A DNA stretch of 64,000 bases, from the NCBI RefSeq assembly GCF_009914755.1, contig NC_060942.1. One strand, 5' to 3'. This document shows, piece by piece, positions 25,701 through 40,700 of the stretch (positions are counted from its first letter, which is position 1; the number at the start of each line of letters is the position of its first letter). A model generated the notes under the pieces. It searched no databases. It was not told the origin of the DNA and saw nothing but the letters and a program-made list of their open reading frames with translations. The stretch is from the human T2T-CHM13v2.0 reference genome, Homo sapiens. Made by a program: the position numbers and the translations under genes.

Positions 25701-28700
25701 TAACAACTATGCAGAAGCATTCTCAGAAACTTGTTTGTGATGTGTGCCCTCTACTGACAGAGTTGAACCTTTCTTTTCATAGAGCAGTTTTGAAACACTC
25801 TTTTTGTAGAATCTGCAAGAGGATATTTGCATAGCTTTGAGGATTTCGTGGGAAACGGGATTGTCTTCAGGTAAAATCTAGACAGAAGCATTCTCAGAAA
25901 CTTCTTTGGGATGTTTGCATTCAAGTCACAGAGTAGAACATTCCCTTTGGTAGAGCAGGTTTGAAACACTCTTTTTGTAGTATCTGGAAGTGGACATTTG
26001 GAGCGCTTTCAGGCCCATGTTGGAAAGGGAAATATCTTCCCGTAACAACTAGGCAGAAGCATTCTCAGAAACTTATTTGAGATGTGTGTACTCAACTAAG
26101 AGAATTGAACCACCGTTTTGAAGGAGCAGTTTTGAAACACTCTTTTTCTGGAATCTGCAAGAGTATATTTGCCTAGCCTTGAGGATTTCGTTGGAAACGG
26201 GATTGTCTTCAGAGAAAATCTAGACAGAAGCATTCTCAGAAACTTCTTTGGGATGCTTGCATTCAAGTCACAGAGTAGAACATTCCCTTTGGTAGAGCAG
26301 GTTTGAAACACTCTTTTTTTAGTATCTGGAAGTGGACATTTGGAGCGCTTTCAGGCCTACGTTGGAAAAGGAAATATCTTCCCATAACAACTAGACAGAA
26401 GCATTCTCAGAAACTAGTTTCTGATGTGTGTCCTCAACTAACACAGTTGAACATTTCTTTAGACAGAACAGTTTTGAAACACTCTTTTTGTGGAATCTGC
26501 AAGTGGCTATTTGGCTAGATTTGAGGATTTCGTTGGAAACGGGATTACATATAAAAAGCAGTCAGCGGCATTCTCAGAAAGTTCTTTGTGATGATTGCAT
26601 TCAAGTCACAGAATTGAACATTCCCTTTCACAGAGCAGGTTTGAAACACTCTTTTTGTAGTGTGTGTAAGTGGACATTTGGAGCACTTACCGGCCTAAGG
26701 TGAAAAAGGAAATAATCTTCCCATAAAAACTAGACAGAAGCATTCTCAGAAACTTACTCGTGATGTGTGTCCTCAACTAAAGGAGTAGAACCTTTCTTTT
26801 CATAGAGAAGTTTTGAAACGCTCTTTTTGTGGAATCTGCAAGTGGATATTTGGCTAGTTTTGAGGATTTCGTTGGAAGCGGGAATTCATACAAATTGCAG
26901 ACTGCAGCGTTCTGAGAAACATCTTTGTGATGTTTGTATTCAGGACACAGAGTTGAACATTCCCTATCATAGAGCAGGTTTGAATCACTCCTTTTGTAGT
27001 ATCTGGAAGTGGACATTTGGAGCGCTTTCAGGCCTATGTTGGAAAAGGAAATATCTTCCCATAACAACTAGACAGAAGCATTCTCAGAAACTTATTTGAG
27101 ATGTGTGTACTCAACTAAGAGAATTGAACCACCGTTTTGAAGGAGCAGTTTTGAAACTCTCTTTTTCTGGAATCTGCAAGTGGATATTTGGCTAGCTTTG
27201 GGGATTTCGCTGGAAGCGGGAATACATATAAAAAGCACACAGCAGCGTTCTGAGAAACTGCTTTCTGATGTTTGCATTCAAGTCAAAAGTTGAACACTCC
27301 CTTTCATAGAGCAGTCCTGAAACACCCCTTTTGTAGTATCTGGAACTGGACTTTTGGAGCGATTTCAGGGCTAAGGTGAAAAAGGAAATATCTTCCCATA
27401 AAAACTGGACAGAAGCATTCTCAGAAACTTGTTTATGCTGTATCTACTCAACTAACAAAGTTGAACCTTTCTTTTGATAGAGCAGTTTTGAAATGGTCTT
27501 TTTGTGGAATCTGCAAGTGGATATTTGGCTAGTTTTGAGGATTTCGTTGGAAGCGGGAATTCATACAAATTGCAGACTGCAGCGTTCTGAGAAACATCTT
27601 TGTGATGTTTGTATTCAGGACACAGAGTTGAACATTCCCTATCATAGAGCAGGTTGGAATCACTCCTTTTGTAGTATCTGGAAGTGGACATTTGGAGCGC
27701 TTTCAGGCCTATTTTGGAAAGGGAAATATCTTCCCGTAACAACTATGCAGAAGCATTCTCAGAAACTTGTTTGTGATGTGTGCCCTCTACTGACAGAGTT
27801 GAACCTTTCTTTTCATAGAGCAGTTTTGAAACACTCTTTTTGTAGAATCTGCAAGAGGATATTTGCATAGCTTTGAGGATTTCGTGGGAAACGGGATTGT
27901 CTTCAGGTAAAATCTAGACAGAAGCATTCTCAGAAACTTCTTTGGGATGTTTGCATTCAAGTCACAGAGTAGAACATTCCCTTTGGTAGAGCAGGTTTGA
28001 AACACTCTTTTTGTAGTATCTGGAAGTGGACATTTGGAGCGCTTTCAGGCCCATGTTGGAAAGGGAAATATCTTCCCGTAACAACTAGGCAGAAGCATTC
28101 TCAGAAACTTATTTGAGATGTGTGTACTCAACTAAGAGAATTGAGCCACCGTTTTGAAGGAGCAGTTTTGAAACACTCTTTTTCTGGAATCTGCAAGAGT
28201 ATATTTGCCTAGCCTTGAGGATTTCGTTGGAAACGGGATTGTCTTCAGAGAAAATCTAGACAGAAGCATTCTCAGAAACTTCTTTGGGATGCTTGCATTC
28301 AAGTCACAGAGTAGAACATTCCCTTTGGTAGAGCAGGTTTGAAACACTCTTTTTTTAGTATCTGGAAGTGGACATTTGGAGCGCTTTCAGGCCTACGTTG
28401 GAAAAGGAAATATCTTCCCATAACAACTAGACAGAAGCATTCTCAGAAACTAGTTTCTGATGTGTGTCCTCAACTAACACAGTTGAACATTTCTTTAGAC
28501 AGAACAGTTTTGAAACACTCTTTTTGTGGAATCTGCAAGTGGCTATTTGGCTAGATTTGAGGATTTCGTTGGAAACGGGATTACATATAAAAAGCAGTCA
28601 GCGGCATTCTCAGAAAGTTCTTTGTGATGATTGCATTCAAGTCACAGAATTGAACATTCCCTTTCACAGAGCAGGTTTGAAACACTCTTTTTGTAGTGTG

Positions 28701-31700
28701 TGTAAGTGGACATTTGGAGCACTTACCGGCCTAAGGTGAAAAAGGAAATAATCTTCCCATAAAAACTAGACAGAAGCATTCTCAGAAACTTACTCGTGAT
28801 GTGTGTCCTCAACTAAAGGAGTAGAACCTTTCTTTTCATAGAGAAGTTTTGAAACGCTCTTTTTGTGGAATCTGCAAGTGGATATTTGGCTAGTTTTGAG
28901 GATTTCGTTGGAAGCGGGAATTCATACAAATTGCAGACTGCAGCGTTCTGAGAAACATCTTTGTGATGTTTGTATTCAGGACACAGAGTTGAACATTCCC
29001 TATCATAGAGCAGGTTTGAATCACTCCTTTTGTAGTATCTGGAAGTGGACATTTGGAGCGCTTTCAGGCCTATGTTGGAAAAGGAAATATCTTCCCATAA
29101 CAACTAGACAGAAGCATTCTCAGAAACTTATTTGAGATGTGTGTACTCAACTAAGAGAATTGAACCACCGTTTTGAAGGAGCAGTTTTGAAACTCTCTTT
29201 TTCTGGAATCTGCAAGTGGATATTTGGCTAGCTTTGGGGATTTCGCTGGAAGCGGGAATACATATAAAAAGCACACAGCAGCGTTCTGAGAAACTGCTTT
29301 CTGATGTTTGCATTCAAGTCAAAAGTTGAACACTCCCTTTCATAGAGCAGTCCTGAAACACCCCTTTTGTAGTATCTGGAACTGGACTTTTGGAGCGATT
29401 TCAGGGCTAAGGTGAAAAAGGAAATATCTTCCCATAAAAACTGGACAGAAGCATTCTCAGAAACTTGTTTATGCTGTATCTACTCAACTAACAAAGTTGA
29501 ACCTTTCTTTTGATAGAGCAGTTTTGAAATGGTCTTTTTGTGGAATCTGCAAGTGGATATTTGGCTAGTTTTGAGGATTTCGTTGGAAGCGGGAATTCAT
29601 ACAAATTGCAGACTGCAGCGTTCTGAGAAACATCTTTGTGATGTTTGTATTCAGGACACAGAGTTGAACATTCCCTATCATAGAGCAGGTTGGAATCACT
29701 CCTTTTGTAGTATCTGGAAGTGGACATTTGGAGCGCTTTCAGGCCTATTTTGGAAAGGGAAATATCTTCCCGTAACAACTATGCAGAAGCATTCTCAGAA
29801 ACTTGTTTGTGATGTGTGCCCTCTACTGACAGAGTTGAACCTTTCTTTTCATAGAGCAGTTTTGAAACACTCTTTTTGTAGAATCTGCAAGAGGATATTT
29901 GCATAGCTTTGAGGATTTCGTGGGAAACGGGATTGTCTTCAGGTAAAATCTAGACAGAAGCATTCTCAGAAACTTCTTTGGGATGTTTGCATTCAAGTCA
30001 CAGAGTAGAACATTCCCTTTGGTAGAGCAGGTTTGAAACACTCTTTTTGTAGTATCTGGAAGTGGACATTTGGAGCGCTTTCAGGCCCATGTTGGAAAGG
30101 GAAATATCTTCCCGTAACAACTAGGCAGAAGCATTCTCAGAAACTTATTTGAGATGTGTGTACTCAACTAAGAGAATTGAACCACCGTTTTGAAGGAGCA
30201 GTTTTGAAACACTCTTTTTCTGGAATCTGCAAGAGTATATTTGCCTAGCCTTGAGGATTTCGTTGGAAACGGGATTGTCTTCAGAGAAAATCTAGACAGA
30301 AGCATTCTCAGAAACTTCTTTGGGATGCTTGCATTCAAGTCACAGAGTAGAACATTCCCTTTGGTAGAGCAGGTTTGAAACACTCTTTTTTTAGTATCTG
30401 GAAGTGGACATTTGGAGCGCTTTCAGGCCTACGTTGGAAAAGGAAATATCTTCCCATAACAACTAGACAGAAGCATTCTCAGAAACTAGTTTCTGATGTG
30501 TGTCCTCAACTAACACAGTTGAACATTTCTTTAGACAGAACAGTTTTGAAACACTCTTTTTGTGGAATCTGCAAGTGGCTATTTGGCTAGATTTGAGGAT
30601 TTCGTTGGAAACGGGATTACATATAAAAAGCAGTCAGCGGCATTCTCAGAAAGTTCTTTGTGATGATTGCATTCAAGTCACAGAATTGAACATTCCCTTT
30701 CACAGAGCAGGTTTGAAACACTCTTTTTGTAGTGTGTGTAAGTGGACATTTGGAGCACTTACCGGCCTAAGGTGAAAAAGGAAATAATCTTCCCATAAAA
30801 ACTAGACAGAAGCATTCTCAGAAACTTACTCGTGATGTGTGTCCTCAACTAAAGGAGTAGAACCTTTCTTTTCATAGAGAAGTTTTGAAACGCTCTTTTT
30901 GTGGAATCTGCAAGTGGATATTTGGCTAGTTTTGAGGATTTCGTTGGAAGCGGGAATTCATACAAATTGCAGACTGCAGCGTTCTGAGAAACATCTTTGT
31001 GATGTTTGTATTCAGGACACAGAGTTGAACATTCCCTATCATAGAGCAGGTTTGAATCACTCCTTTTGTAGTATCTGGAAGTGGACATTTGGAGCGCTTT
31101 CAGGCCTATGTTGGAAAAGGAAATATCTTCCCATAACAACTAGACAGAAGCATTCTCAGAAACTTATTTGAGATGTGTGTACTCAACTAAGAGAATTGAA
31201 CCACCGTTTTGAAGGAGCAGTTTTGAAACTCTCTTTTTCTGGAATCTGCAAGTGGATATTTGGCTAGCTTTGGGGATTTCGCTGGAAGCGGGAATACATA
31301 TAAAAAGCACACAGCAGCGTTCTGAGAAACTGCTTTCTGATGTTTGCATTCAAGTCAAAAGTTGAACACTCCCTTTCATAGAGCAGTCCTGAAACACCCC
31401 TTTTGTAGTATCTGGAACTGGACTTTTGGAGCGATTTCAGGGCTAAGGTGAAAAAGGAAATATCTTCCCATAAAAACTGGACAGAAGCATTCTCAGAAAC
31501 TTGTTTATGCTGTATCTACTCAACTAACAAAGTTGAACCTTTCTTTTGATAGAGCAGTTTTGAAATGGTCTTTTTGTGGAATCTGCAAGTGGATATTTGG
31601 CTAGTTTTGAGGATTTCGTTGGAAGCGGGAATTCATACAAATTGCAGACTGCAGCGTTCTGAGAAACATCTTTGTGATGTTTGTATTCAGGACACAGAGT

Positions 31701-34700
31701 TGAACATTCCCTATCATAGAGCAGGTTGGAATCACTCCTTTTGTAGTATCTGGAAGTGGACATTTGGAGCGCTTTCAGGCCTATTTTGGAAAGGGAAATA
31801 TCTTCCCGTAACAACTATGCAGAAGCATTCTCAGAAACTTGTTTGTGATGTGTGCCCTCTACTGACAGAGTTGAACCTTTCTTTTCATAGAGCAGTTTTG
31901 AAACACTCTTTTTGTAGAATCTGCAAGAGGATATTTGCATAGCTTTGAGGATTTCGTGGGAAACGGGATTGTCTTCAGGTAAAATCTAGACAGAAGCATT
32001 CTCAGAAACTTCTTTGGGATGTTTGCATTCAAGTCACAGAGTAGAACATTCCCTTTGGTAGAGCAGGTTTGAAACACTCTTTTTGTAGTATCTGGAAGTG
32101 GACATTTGGAGCGCTTTCAGGCCCATGTTGGAAAGGGAAATATCTTCCCGTAACAACTAGGCAGAAGCATTCTCAGAAACTTATTTGAGATGTGTGTACT
32201 CAACTAAGAGAATTGAACCACCGTTTTGAAGGAGCAGTTTTGAAACACTCTTTTTCTGGAATCTGCAAGAGTATATTTGCCTAGCCTTGAGGATTTCGTT
32301 GGAAACGGGATTGTCTTCAGAGAAAATCTAGACAGAAGCATTCTCAGAAACTTCTTTGGGATGCTTGCATTCAAGTCACAGAGTAGAACATTCCCTTTGG
32401 TAGAGCAGGTTTGAAACACTCTTTTTTTAGTATCTGGAAGTGGACATTTGGAGCGCTTTCAGGCCTACGTTGGAAAAGGAAATATCTTCCCATAACAACT
32501 AGACAGAAGCATTCTCAGAAACTAGTTTCTGATGTGTGTCCTCAACTAACACAGTTGAACATTTCTTTAGACAGAACAGTTTTGAAACACTCTTTTTGTG
32601 GAATCTGCAAGTGGCTATTTGGCTAGATTTGAGGATTTCGTTGGAAACGGGATTACATATAAAAAGCAGTCAGCGGCATTCTCAGAAAGTTCTTTGTGAT
32701 GATTGCATTCAAGTCACAGAATTGAACATTCCCTTTCACAGAGCAGGTTTGAAACACTCTTTTTGTAGTGTGTGTAAGTGGACATTTGGAGCACTTACCG
32801 GCCTAAGGTGAAAAAGGAAATAATCTTCCCATAAAAACTAGACAGAAGCATTCTCAGAAACTTACTCGTGATGTGTGTCCTCAACTAAAGGAGTAGAACC
32901 TTTCTTTTCATAGAGAAGTTTTGAAACGCTCTTTTTGTGGAATCTGCAAGTGGATATTTGGCTAGTTTTGAGGATTTCGTTGGAAGCGGGAATTCATACA
33001 AATTGCAGACTGCAGCGTTCTGAGAAACATCTTTGTGATGTTTGTATTCAGGACACAGAGTTGAACATTCCCTATCATAGAGCAGGTTTGAATCACTCCT
33101 TTTGTAGTATCTGGAAGTGGACATTTGGAGCGCTTTCAGGCCTATGTTGGAAAAGGAAATATCTTCCCATAACAACTAGACAGAAGCATTCTCAGAAACT
33201 TATTTGAGATGTGTGTACTCAACTAAGAGAATTGAACCACCGTTTTGAAGGAGCAGTTTTGAAACTCTCTTTTTCTGGAATCTGCAAGTGGATATTTGGC
33301 TAGCTTTGGGGATTTCGCTGGAAGCGGGAATACATATAAAAAGCACACAGCAGCGTTCTGAGAAACTGCTTTCTGATGTTTGCATTCAAGTCAAAAGTTG
33401 AACACTCCCTTTCATAGAGCAGTCCTGAAACACCCCTTTTGTAGTATCTGGAACTGGACTTTTGGAGCGATTTCAGGGCTAAGGTGAAAAAGGAAATATC
33501 TTCCCATAAAAACTGGACAGAAGCATTCTCAGAAACTTGTTTATGCTGTATCTACTCAACTAACAAAGTTGAACCTTTCTTTTGATAGAGCAGTTTTGAA
33601 ATGGTCTTTTTGTGGAATCTGCAAGTGGATATTTGGCTAGTTTTGAGGATTTCGTTGGAAGCGGGAATTCATACAAATTGCAGACTGCAGCGTTCTGAGA
33701 AACATCTTTGTGATGTTTGTATTCAGGACACAGAGTTGAACATTCCCTATCATAGAGCAGGTTGGAATCACTCCTTTTGTAGTATCTGGAAGTGGACATT
33801 TGGAGCGCTTTCAGGCCTATTTTGGAAAGGGAAATATCTTCCCGTAACAACTATGCAGAAGCATTCTCAGAAACTTGTTTGTGATGTGTGCCCTCTACTG
33901 ACAGAGTTGAACCTTTCTTTTCATAGAGCAGTTTTGAAACACTCTTTTTGTAGAATCTGCAAGAGGATATTTGCATAGCTTTGAGGATTTCGTGGGAAAC
34001 GGGATTGTCTTCAGGTAAAATCTAGACAGAAGCATTCTCAGAAACTTCTTTGGGATGTTTGCATTCAAGTCACAGAGTAGAACATTCCCTTTGGTAGAGC
34101 AGGTTTGAAACACTCTTTTTGTAGTATCTGGAAGTGGACATTTGGAGCGCTTTCAGGCCCATGTTGGAAAGGGAAATATCTTCCCGTAACAACTAGGCAG
34201 AAGCATTCTCAGAAACTTATTTGAGATGTGTGTACTCAACTAAGAGAATTGAACCACCGTTTTGAAGGAGCAGTTTTGAAACACTCTTTTTCTGGAATCT
34301 GCAAGAGTATATTTGCCTAGCCTTGAGGATTTCGTTGGAAACGGGATTGTCTTCAGAGAAAATCTAGACAGAAGCATTCTCAGAAACTTCTTTGGGATGC
34401 TTGCATTCAAGTCACAGAGTAGAACATTCCCTTTGGTAGAGCAGGTTTGAAACACTCTTTTTGTAGTATCTGGAAGTGGACATTTGGAGCGCTTTCAGGC
34501 CTACGTTGGAAAAGGAAATATCTTCCCATAACAACTAGACAGAAGCATTCTCAGAAACTAGTTTCTGATGTGTGTCCTCAACTAACAGAGTTGAACATTT
34601 CTTTAGACAGAACAGTTTTGAAACACTCTTTTTGTGGAATCTGCAAGTGGCTATTTGGCTAGATTTGAGGATTTCGTTGGAAACGGGATTACATATAAAA

Positions 34701-37700
34701 AGCAGTCAGCGGCATTCTCAGAAAGTTCTTTGTGATGATTGCATTCAAGTCACAGAATTGAACATTCCCTTTCACAGAGCAGGTTTGAAACACTCTTTTT
34801 GTAGTGTGTGTAAGTGGACATTTGGAGCACTTACCGGCCTAAGGTGAAAAAGGAAATAATCTTCCCATAAAAACTAGACAGAAGCATTCTCAGAAACTTA
34901 CTCGTGATGTGTGTCCTCAACTAAAGGAGTAGAACCTTTCTTTTCATAGAGAAGTTTTGAAACGCTCTTTTTGTGGAATCTGCAAGTGGATATTTGGCTA
35001 GTTTTGAGGATTTCGTTGGAAGCGGGAATTCATACAAATTGCAGACTGCAGCGTTCTGAGAAACATCTTTGTGATGTTTGTATTCAGGACACAGAGTTGA
35101 ACATTCCCTATCATAGAGCAGGTTGGAATCACTCCTTTTGTAGTATCTGGAAGTGGACATTTGGAGCGCTTTCAGGCCTATGTTGGAAAAGGAAATATCT
35201 TCCCATAACAACTAGACAGAAGCATTCTCAGAAACTTATTTGAGATGTGTGTACTCAACTAAGAGAATTGAACCACCGTTTTGAAGGAGCAGTTTTGAAA
35301 CTCTCTTTTTCTGGAATCTGCAAGTGGATATTTGGCTAGCTTTGGGGATTTCGCTGGAAGCGGGAATACATATAAAAAGCACACAGCAGCGTTCTGAGAA
35401 ACTGCTTTCTGATGTTTGCATTCAAGTCAAAAGTTGAACACTCCCTTTCATAGAGCAGTCCTGAAACACCCCTTTTGTAGTATCTGGAACTGGACTTTTG
35501 GAGCGATTTCAGGGCTAAGGTGAAAAAGGAAATATCTTCCCATAAAAACTGGACAGAAGCATTCTCAGAAACTTGTTTATGCTGTATCTACTCAACTAAC
35601 AAAGTTGAACCTTTCTTTTGATAGAGCAGTTTTGAAATGGTCTTTTTGTGGAATCTGCAAGTGGATATTTGGCTAGTTTTGAGGATTTCGTTGGAAGCGG
35701 GAATTCATACAAATTGCAGACTGCAGCGTTCTGAGAAACATCTTTGTGATGTTTGTATTCAGGACACAGAGTTGAACATTCCCTATCATAGAGCAGGTTG
35801 GAATCACTCCTTTTGTAGTATCTGGAAGTGGACATTTGGAGCGCTTTCAGGCCTATTTTGGAAAGGGAAATATCTTCCCGTAACAACTATGCAGAAGCAT
35901 TCTCAGAAACTTGTTTGTGATGTGTGCCCTCTACTGACAGAGTTGAACCTTTCTTTTCATAGAGCAGTTTTGAAACACTCTTTTTGTAGAATCTGCAAGA
36001 GGATATTTGCATAGCTTTGAGGATTTCGTGGGAAACGGGATTGTCTTCAGGTAAAATCTAGACAGAAGCATTCTCAGAAACTTCTTTGGGATGTTTGCAT
36101 TCAAGTCACAGAGTAGAACATTCCCTTTGGTAGAGCAGGTTTGAAACACTCTTTTTGTAGTATCTGGAAGTGGACATTTGGAGCGCTTTCAGGCCCATGT
36201 TGGAAAGGGAAATATCTTCCCGTAACAACTAGGCAGAAGCATTCTCAGAAACTTATTTGAGATGTGTGTACTCAACTAAGAGAATTGAACCACCGTTTTG
36301 AAGGAGCAGTTTTGAAACACTCTTTTTCTGGAATCTGCAAGAGTATATTTGCCTAGCCTTGAGGATTTCGTTGGAAACGGGATTGTCTTCAGAGAAAATC
36401 TAGACAGAAGCATTCTCAGAAACTTCTTTGGGATGCTTGCATTCAAGTCACAGAGTAGAACATTCCCTTTGGTAGAGCAGGTTTGAAACACTCTTTTTGT
36501 AGTATCTGGAAGTGGACATTTGGAGCGCTTTCAGGCCTACGTTGGAAAAGGAAATATCTTCCCATAACAACTAGACAGAAGCATTCTCAGAAACTAGTTT
36601 CTGATGTGTGTCCTCAACTAACACAGTTGAACATTTCTTTAGACAGAACAGTTTTGAAACACTCTTTTTGTGGAATCTGCAAGTGGCTATTTGGCTAGAT
36701 TTGAGGATTTCGTTGGAAACGGGATTACATATAAAAAGCAGTCAGCGGCATTCTCAGAAAGTTCTTTGTGATGATTGCATTCAAGTCACAGAATTGAACA
36801 TTCCCTTTCACAGAGCAGGTTTGAAACACTCTTTTTGTAGTGTGTGTAAGTGGACATTTGGAGCACTTACCGGCCTAAGGTGAAAAAGGAAATAATCTTC
36901 CCATAAAAACTAGACAGAAGCATTCTCAGAAACTTACTCCTGATGTGTGTCCTCAACTAAAGGAGTAGAACCTTTCTTTTCATAGAGAAGTTTTGAAACG
37001 CTCTTTTTGTGGAATCTGCAAGTGGATATTTGGCTAGTTTTGAGGATTTCGTTGGAAGCGGGAATTCATACAAATTGCAGACTGCAGCGTTCTGAGAAAC
37101 ATCTTTGTGATGTTTGTATTCAGGACACAGAGTTGAACATTCCCTATCATAGAGCAGGTTGGAATCACTCCTTTTGTAGTATCTGGAAGTGGACATTTGG
37201 AGCGCTTTCAGGCCTATGTTGGAAAAGGAAATATCTTCCCATAACAACTAGACAGAAGCATTCTCAGAAACTTATTTGAGATGTGTGTACTCAACTAAGA
37301 GAATTGAACCACCGTTTTGAAGGAGCAGTTTTGAAACTCTCTTTTTCTGGAATCTGCAAGTGGATATTTGGCTAGCTTTGGGGATTTCGCTGGAAGCGGG
37401 AATACATATAAAAAGCACACAGCAGCGTTCTGAGAAACTGCTTTCTGATGTTTGCATTCAAGTCAAAAGTTGAACACTCCCTTTCATAGAGCAGTCCTGA
37501 AACACCCCTTTTGTAGTATCTGGAACTGGACTTTTGGAGCGATTTCAGGGCTAAGGTGAAAAAGGAAATATCTTCCCATAAAAACTGGACAGAAGCATTC
37601 TCAGAAACTTGTTTATGCTGTATCTACTCAACTAACAAAGTTGAACCTTTCTTTTGATAGAGCAGTTTTGAAATGGTCTTTTTGTGGAATCTGCAAGTGG

Positions 37701-40700
37701 ATATTTGGCTAGTTTTGAGGATTTCGTTGGAAGCGGGAATTCATACAAATTGCAGACTGCAGCGTTCTGAGAAACATCTTTGTGATGTTTGTATTCAGGA
37801 CACAGAGTTGAACATTCCCTATCATAGAGCAGGTTGGAATCACTCCTTTTGTAGTATCTGGAAGTGGACATTTGGAGCGCTTTCAGGCCTATTTTGGAAA
37901 GGGAAATATCTTCCCGTAACAACTATGCAGAAGCATTCTCAGAAACTTGTTTGTGATGTGTGCCCTCTACTGACAGAGTTGAACCTTTCTTTTCATAGAG
38001 CAGTTTTGAAACACTCTTTTTGTAGAATCTGCAAGAGGATATTTGCATAGCTTTGAGGATTTCGTGGGAAACGGGATTGTCTTCAGGTAAAATCTAGACA
38101 GAAGCATTCTCAGAAACTTCTTTGGGATGTTTGCATTCAAGTCACAGAGTAGAACATTCCCTTTGGTAGAGCAGGTTTGAAACACTCTTTTTGTAGTATC
38201 TGGAAGTGGACATTTGGAGCGCTTTCAGGCCCATGTTGGAAAGGGAAATATCTTCCCGTAACAACTAGGCAGAAGCATTCTCAGAAACTTATTTGAGATG
38301 TGTGTACTCAACTAAGAGAATTGAACCACCGTTTTGAAGGAGCAGTTTTGAAACACTCTTTTTCTGGAATCTGCAAGAGTATATTTGCCTAGCCTTGAGG
38401 ATTTCGTTGGAAACGGGATTGTCTTCAGAGAAAATCTAGACAGAAGCATTCTCAGAAACTTCTTTGGGATGCTTGCATTCAAGTCACAGAGTAGAACATT
38501 CCCTTTGGTAGAGCAGGTTTGAAACACTCTTTTTTTAGTATCTGGAAGTGGACATTTGGAGCGCTTTCAGGCCTACGTTGGAAAAGGAAATATCTTCCCA
38601 TAACAACTAGACAGAAGCATTCTCAGAAACTAGTTTCTGATGTGTGTCCTCAACTAACACAGTTGAACATTTCTTTAGACAGAACAGTTTTGAAACACTC
38701 TTTTTGTGGAATCTGCAAGTGGCTATTTGGCTAGATTTGAGGATTTCGTTGGAAACGGGATTACATATAAAAAGCAGTCAGCGGCATTCTCAGAAAGTTC
38801 TTTGTGATGATTGCATTCAAGTCACAGAATTGAACATTCCCTTTCACAGAGCAGGTTTGAAACACTCTTTTTGTAGTGTGTGTAAGTGGACATTTGGAGC
38901 ACTTACCGGCCTAAGGTGAAAAAGGAAATAATCTTCCCATAAAAACTAGACAGAAGCATTCTCAGAAACTTACTCGTGATGTGTGTCCTCAACTAAAGGA
39001 GTAGAACCTTTCTTTTCATAGAGAAGTTTTGAAACGCTCTTTTTGTGGAATCTGCAAGTGGATATTTGGCTAGTTTTGAGGATTTCGTTGGAAGCGGGAA
39101 TTCATACAAATTGCAGACTGCAGCGTTCTGAGAAACATCTTTGTGATGTTTGTATTCAGGACACAGAGTTGAACATTCCCTATCATAGAGCAGGTTTGAA
39201 TCACTCCTTTTGTAGTATCTGGAAGTGGACATTTGGAGCGCTTTCAGGCCTATGTTGGAAAAGGAAATATCTTCCCATAACAACTAGACAGAAGCATTCT
39301 CAGAAACTTATTTGAGATGTGTGTACTCAACTAAGAGAATTGAACCACCGTTTTGAAGGAGCAGTTTTGAAACTCTCTTTTTCTGGAATCTGCAAGTGGA
39401 TATTTGGCTAGCTTTGGGGATTTCGCTGGAAGCGGGAATACATATAAAAAGCACACAGCAGCGTTCTGAGAAACTGCTTTCTGATGTTTGCATTCAAGTC
39501 AAAAGTTGAACACTCCCTTTCATAGAGCAGTCCTGAAACACCCCTTTTGTAGTATCTGGAACTGGACTTTTGGAGCGATTTCAGGGCTAAGGTGAAAAAG
39601 GAAATATCTTCCCATAAAAACTGGACAGAAGCATTCTCAGAAACTTGTTTATGCTGTATCTACTCAACTAACAAAGTTGAACCTTTCTTTTGATAGAGCA
39701 GTTTTGAAATGGTCTTTTTGTGGAATCTGCAAGTGGATATTTGGCTAGTTTTGAGGATTTCGTTGGAAGCGGGAATTCATACAAATTGCAGACTGCAGCG
39801 TTCTGAGAAACATCTTTGTGATGTTTGTATTCAGGACACAGAGTTGAACATTCCCTATCATAGAGCAGGTTGGAATCACTCCTTTTGTAGTATCTGGAAG
39901 TGGACATTTGGAGCGCTTTCAGGCCTATTTTGGAAAGGGAAATATCTTCCCGTAACAACTATGCAGAAGCATTCTCAGAAACTTGTTTGTGATGTGTGCC
40001 CTCTACTGACAGAGTTGAACCTTTCTTTTCATAGAGCAGTTTTGAAACACTCTTTTTGTAGAATCTGCAAGAGGATATTTGCATAGCTTTGAGGATTTCG
40101 TGGGAAACGGGATTGTCTTCAGGTAAAATCTAGACAGAAGCATTCTCAGAAACTTCTTTGGGATGTTTGCATTCAAGTCACAGAGTAGAACATTCCCTTT
40201 GGTAGAGCAGGTTTGAAACACTCTTTTTGTAGTATCTGGAAGTGGACATTTGGAGCGCTTTCAGGCCCATGTTGGAAAGGGAAATATCTTCCCGTAACAA
40301 CTAGGCAGAAGCATTCTCAGAAACTTATTTGAGATGTGTGTACTCAACTAAGAGAATTGAACCACCGTTTTGAAGGAGCAGTTTTGAAACACTCTTTTTC
40401 TGGAATCTGCAAGAGTATATTTGCCTAGCCTTGAGGATTTCGTTGGAAACGGGATTGTCTTCAGAGAAAATCTAGACAGAAGCATTCTCAGAAACTTCTT
40501 TGGGATGCTTGCATTCAAGTCACAGAGTAGAACATTCCCTTTGGTAGAGCAGGTTTGAAACACTCTTTTTTTAGTATCTGGAAGTGGACATTTGGAGCGC
40601 TTTCAGGCCTACGTTGGAAAAGGAAATATCTTCCCATAACAACTAGACAGAAGCATTCTCAGAAACTAGTTTCTGATGTGTGTCCTCAACTAACACAGTT

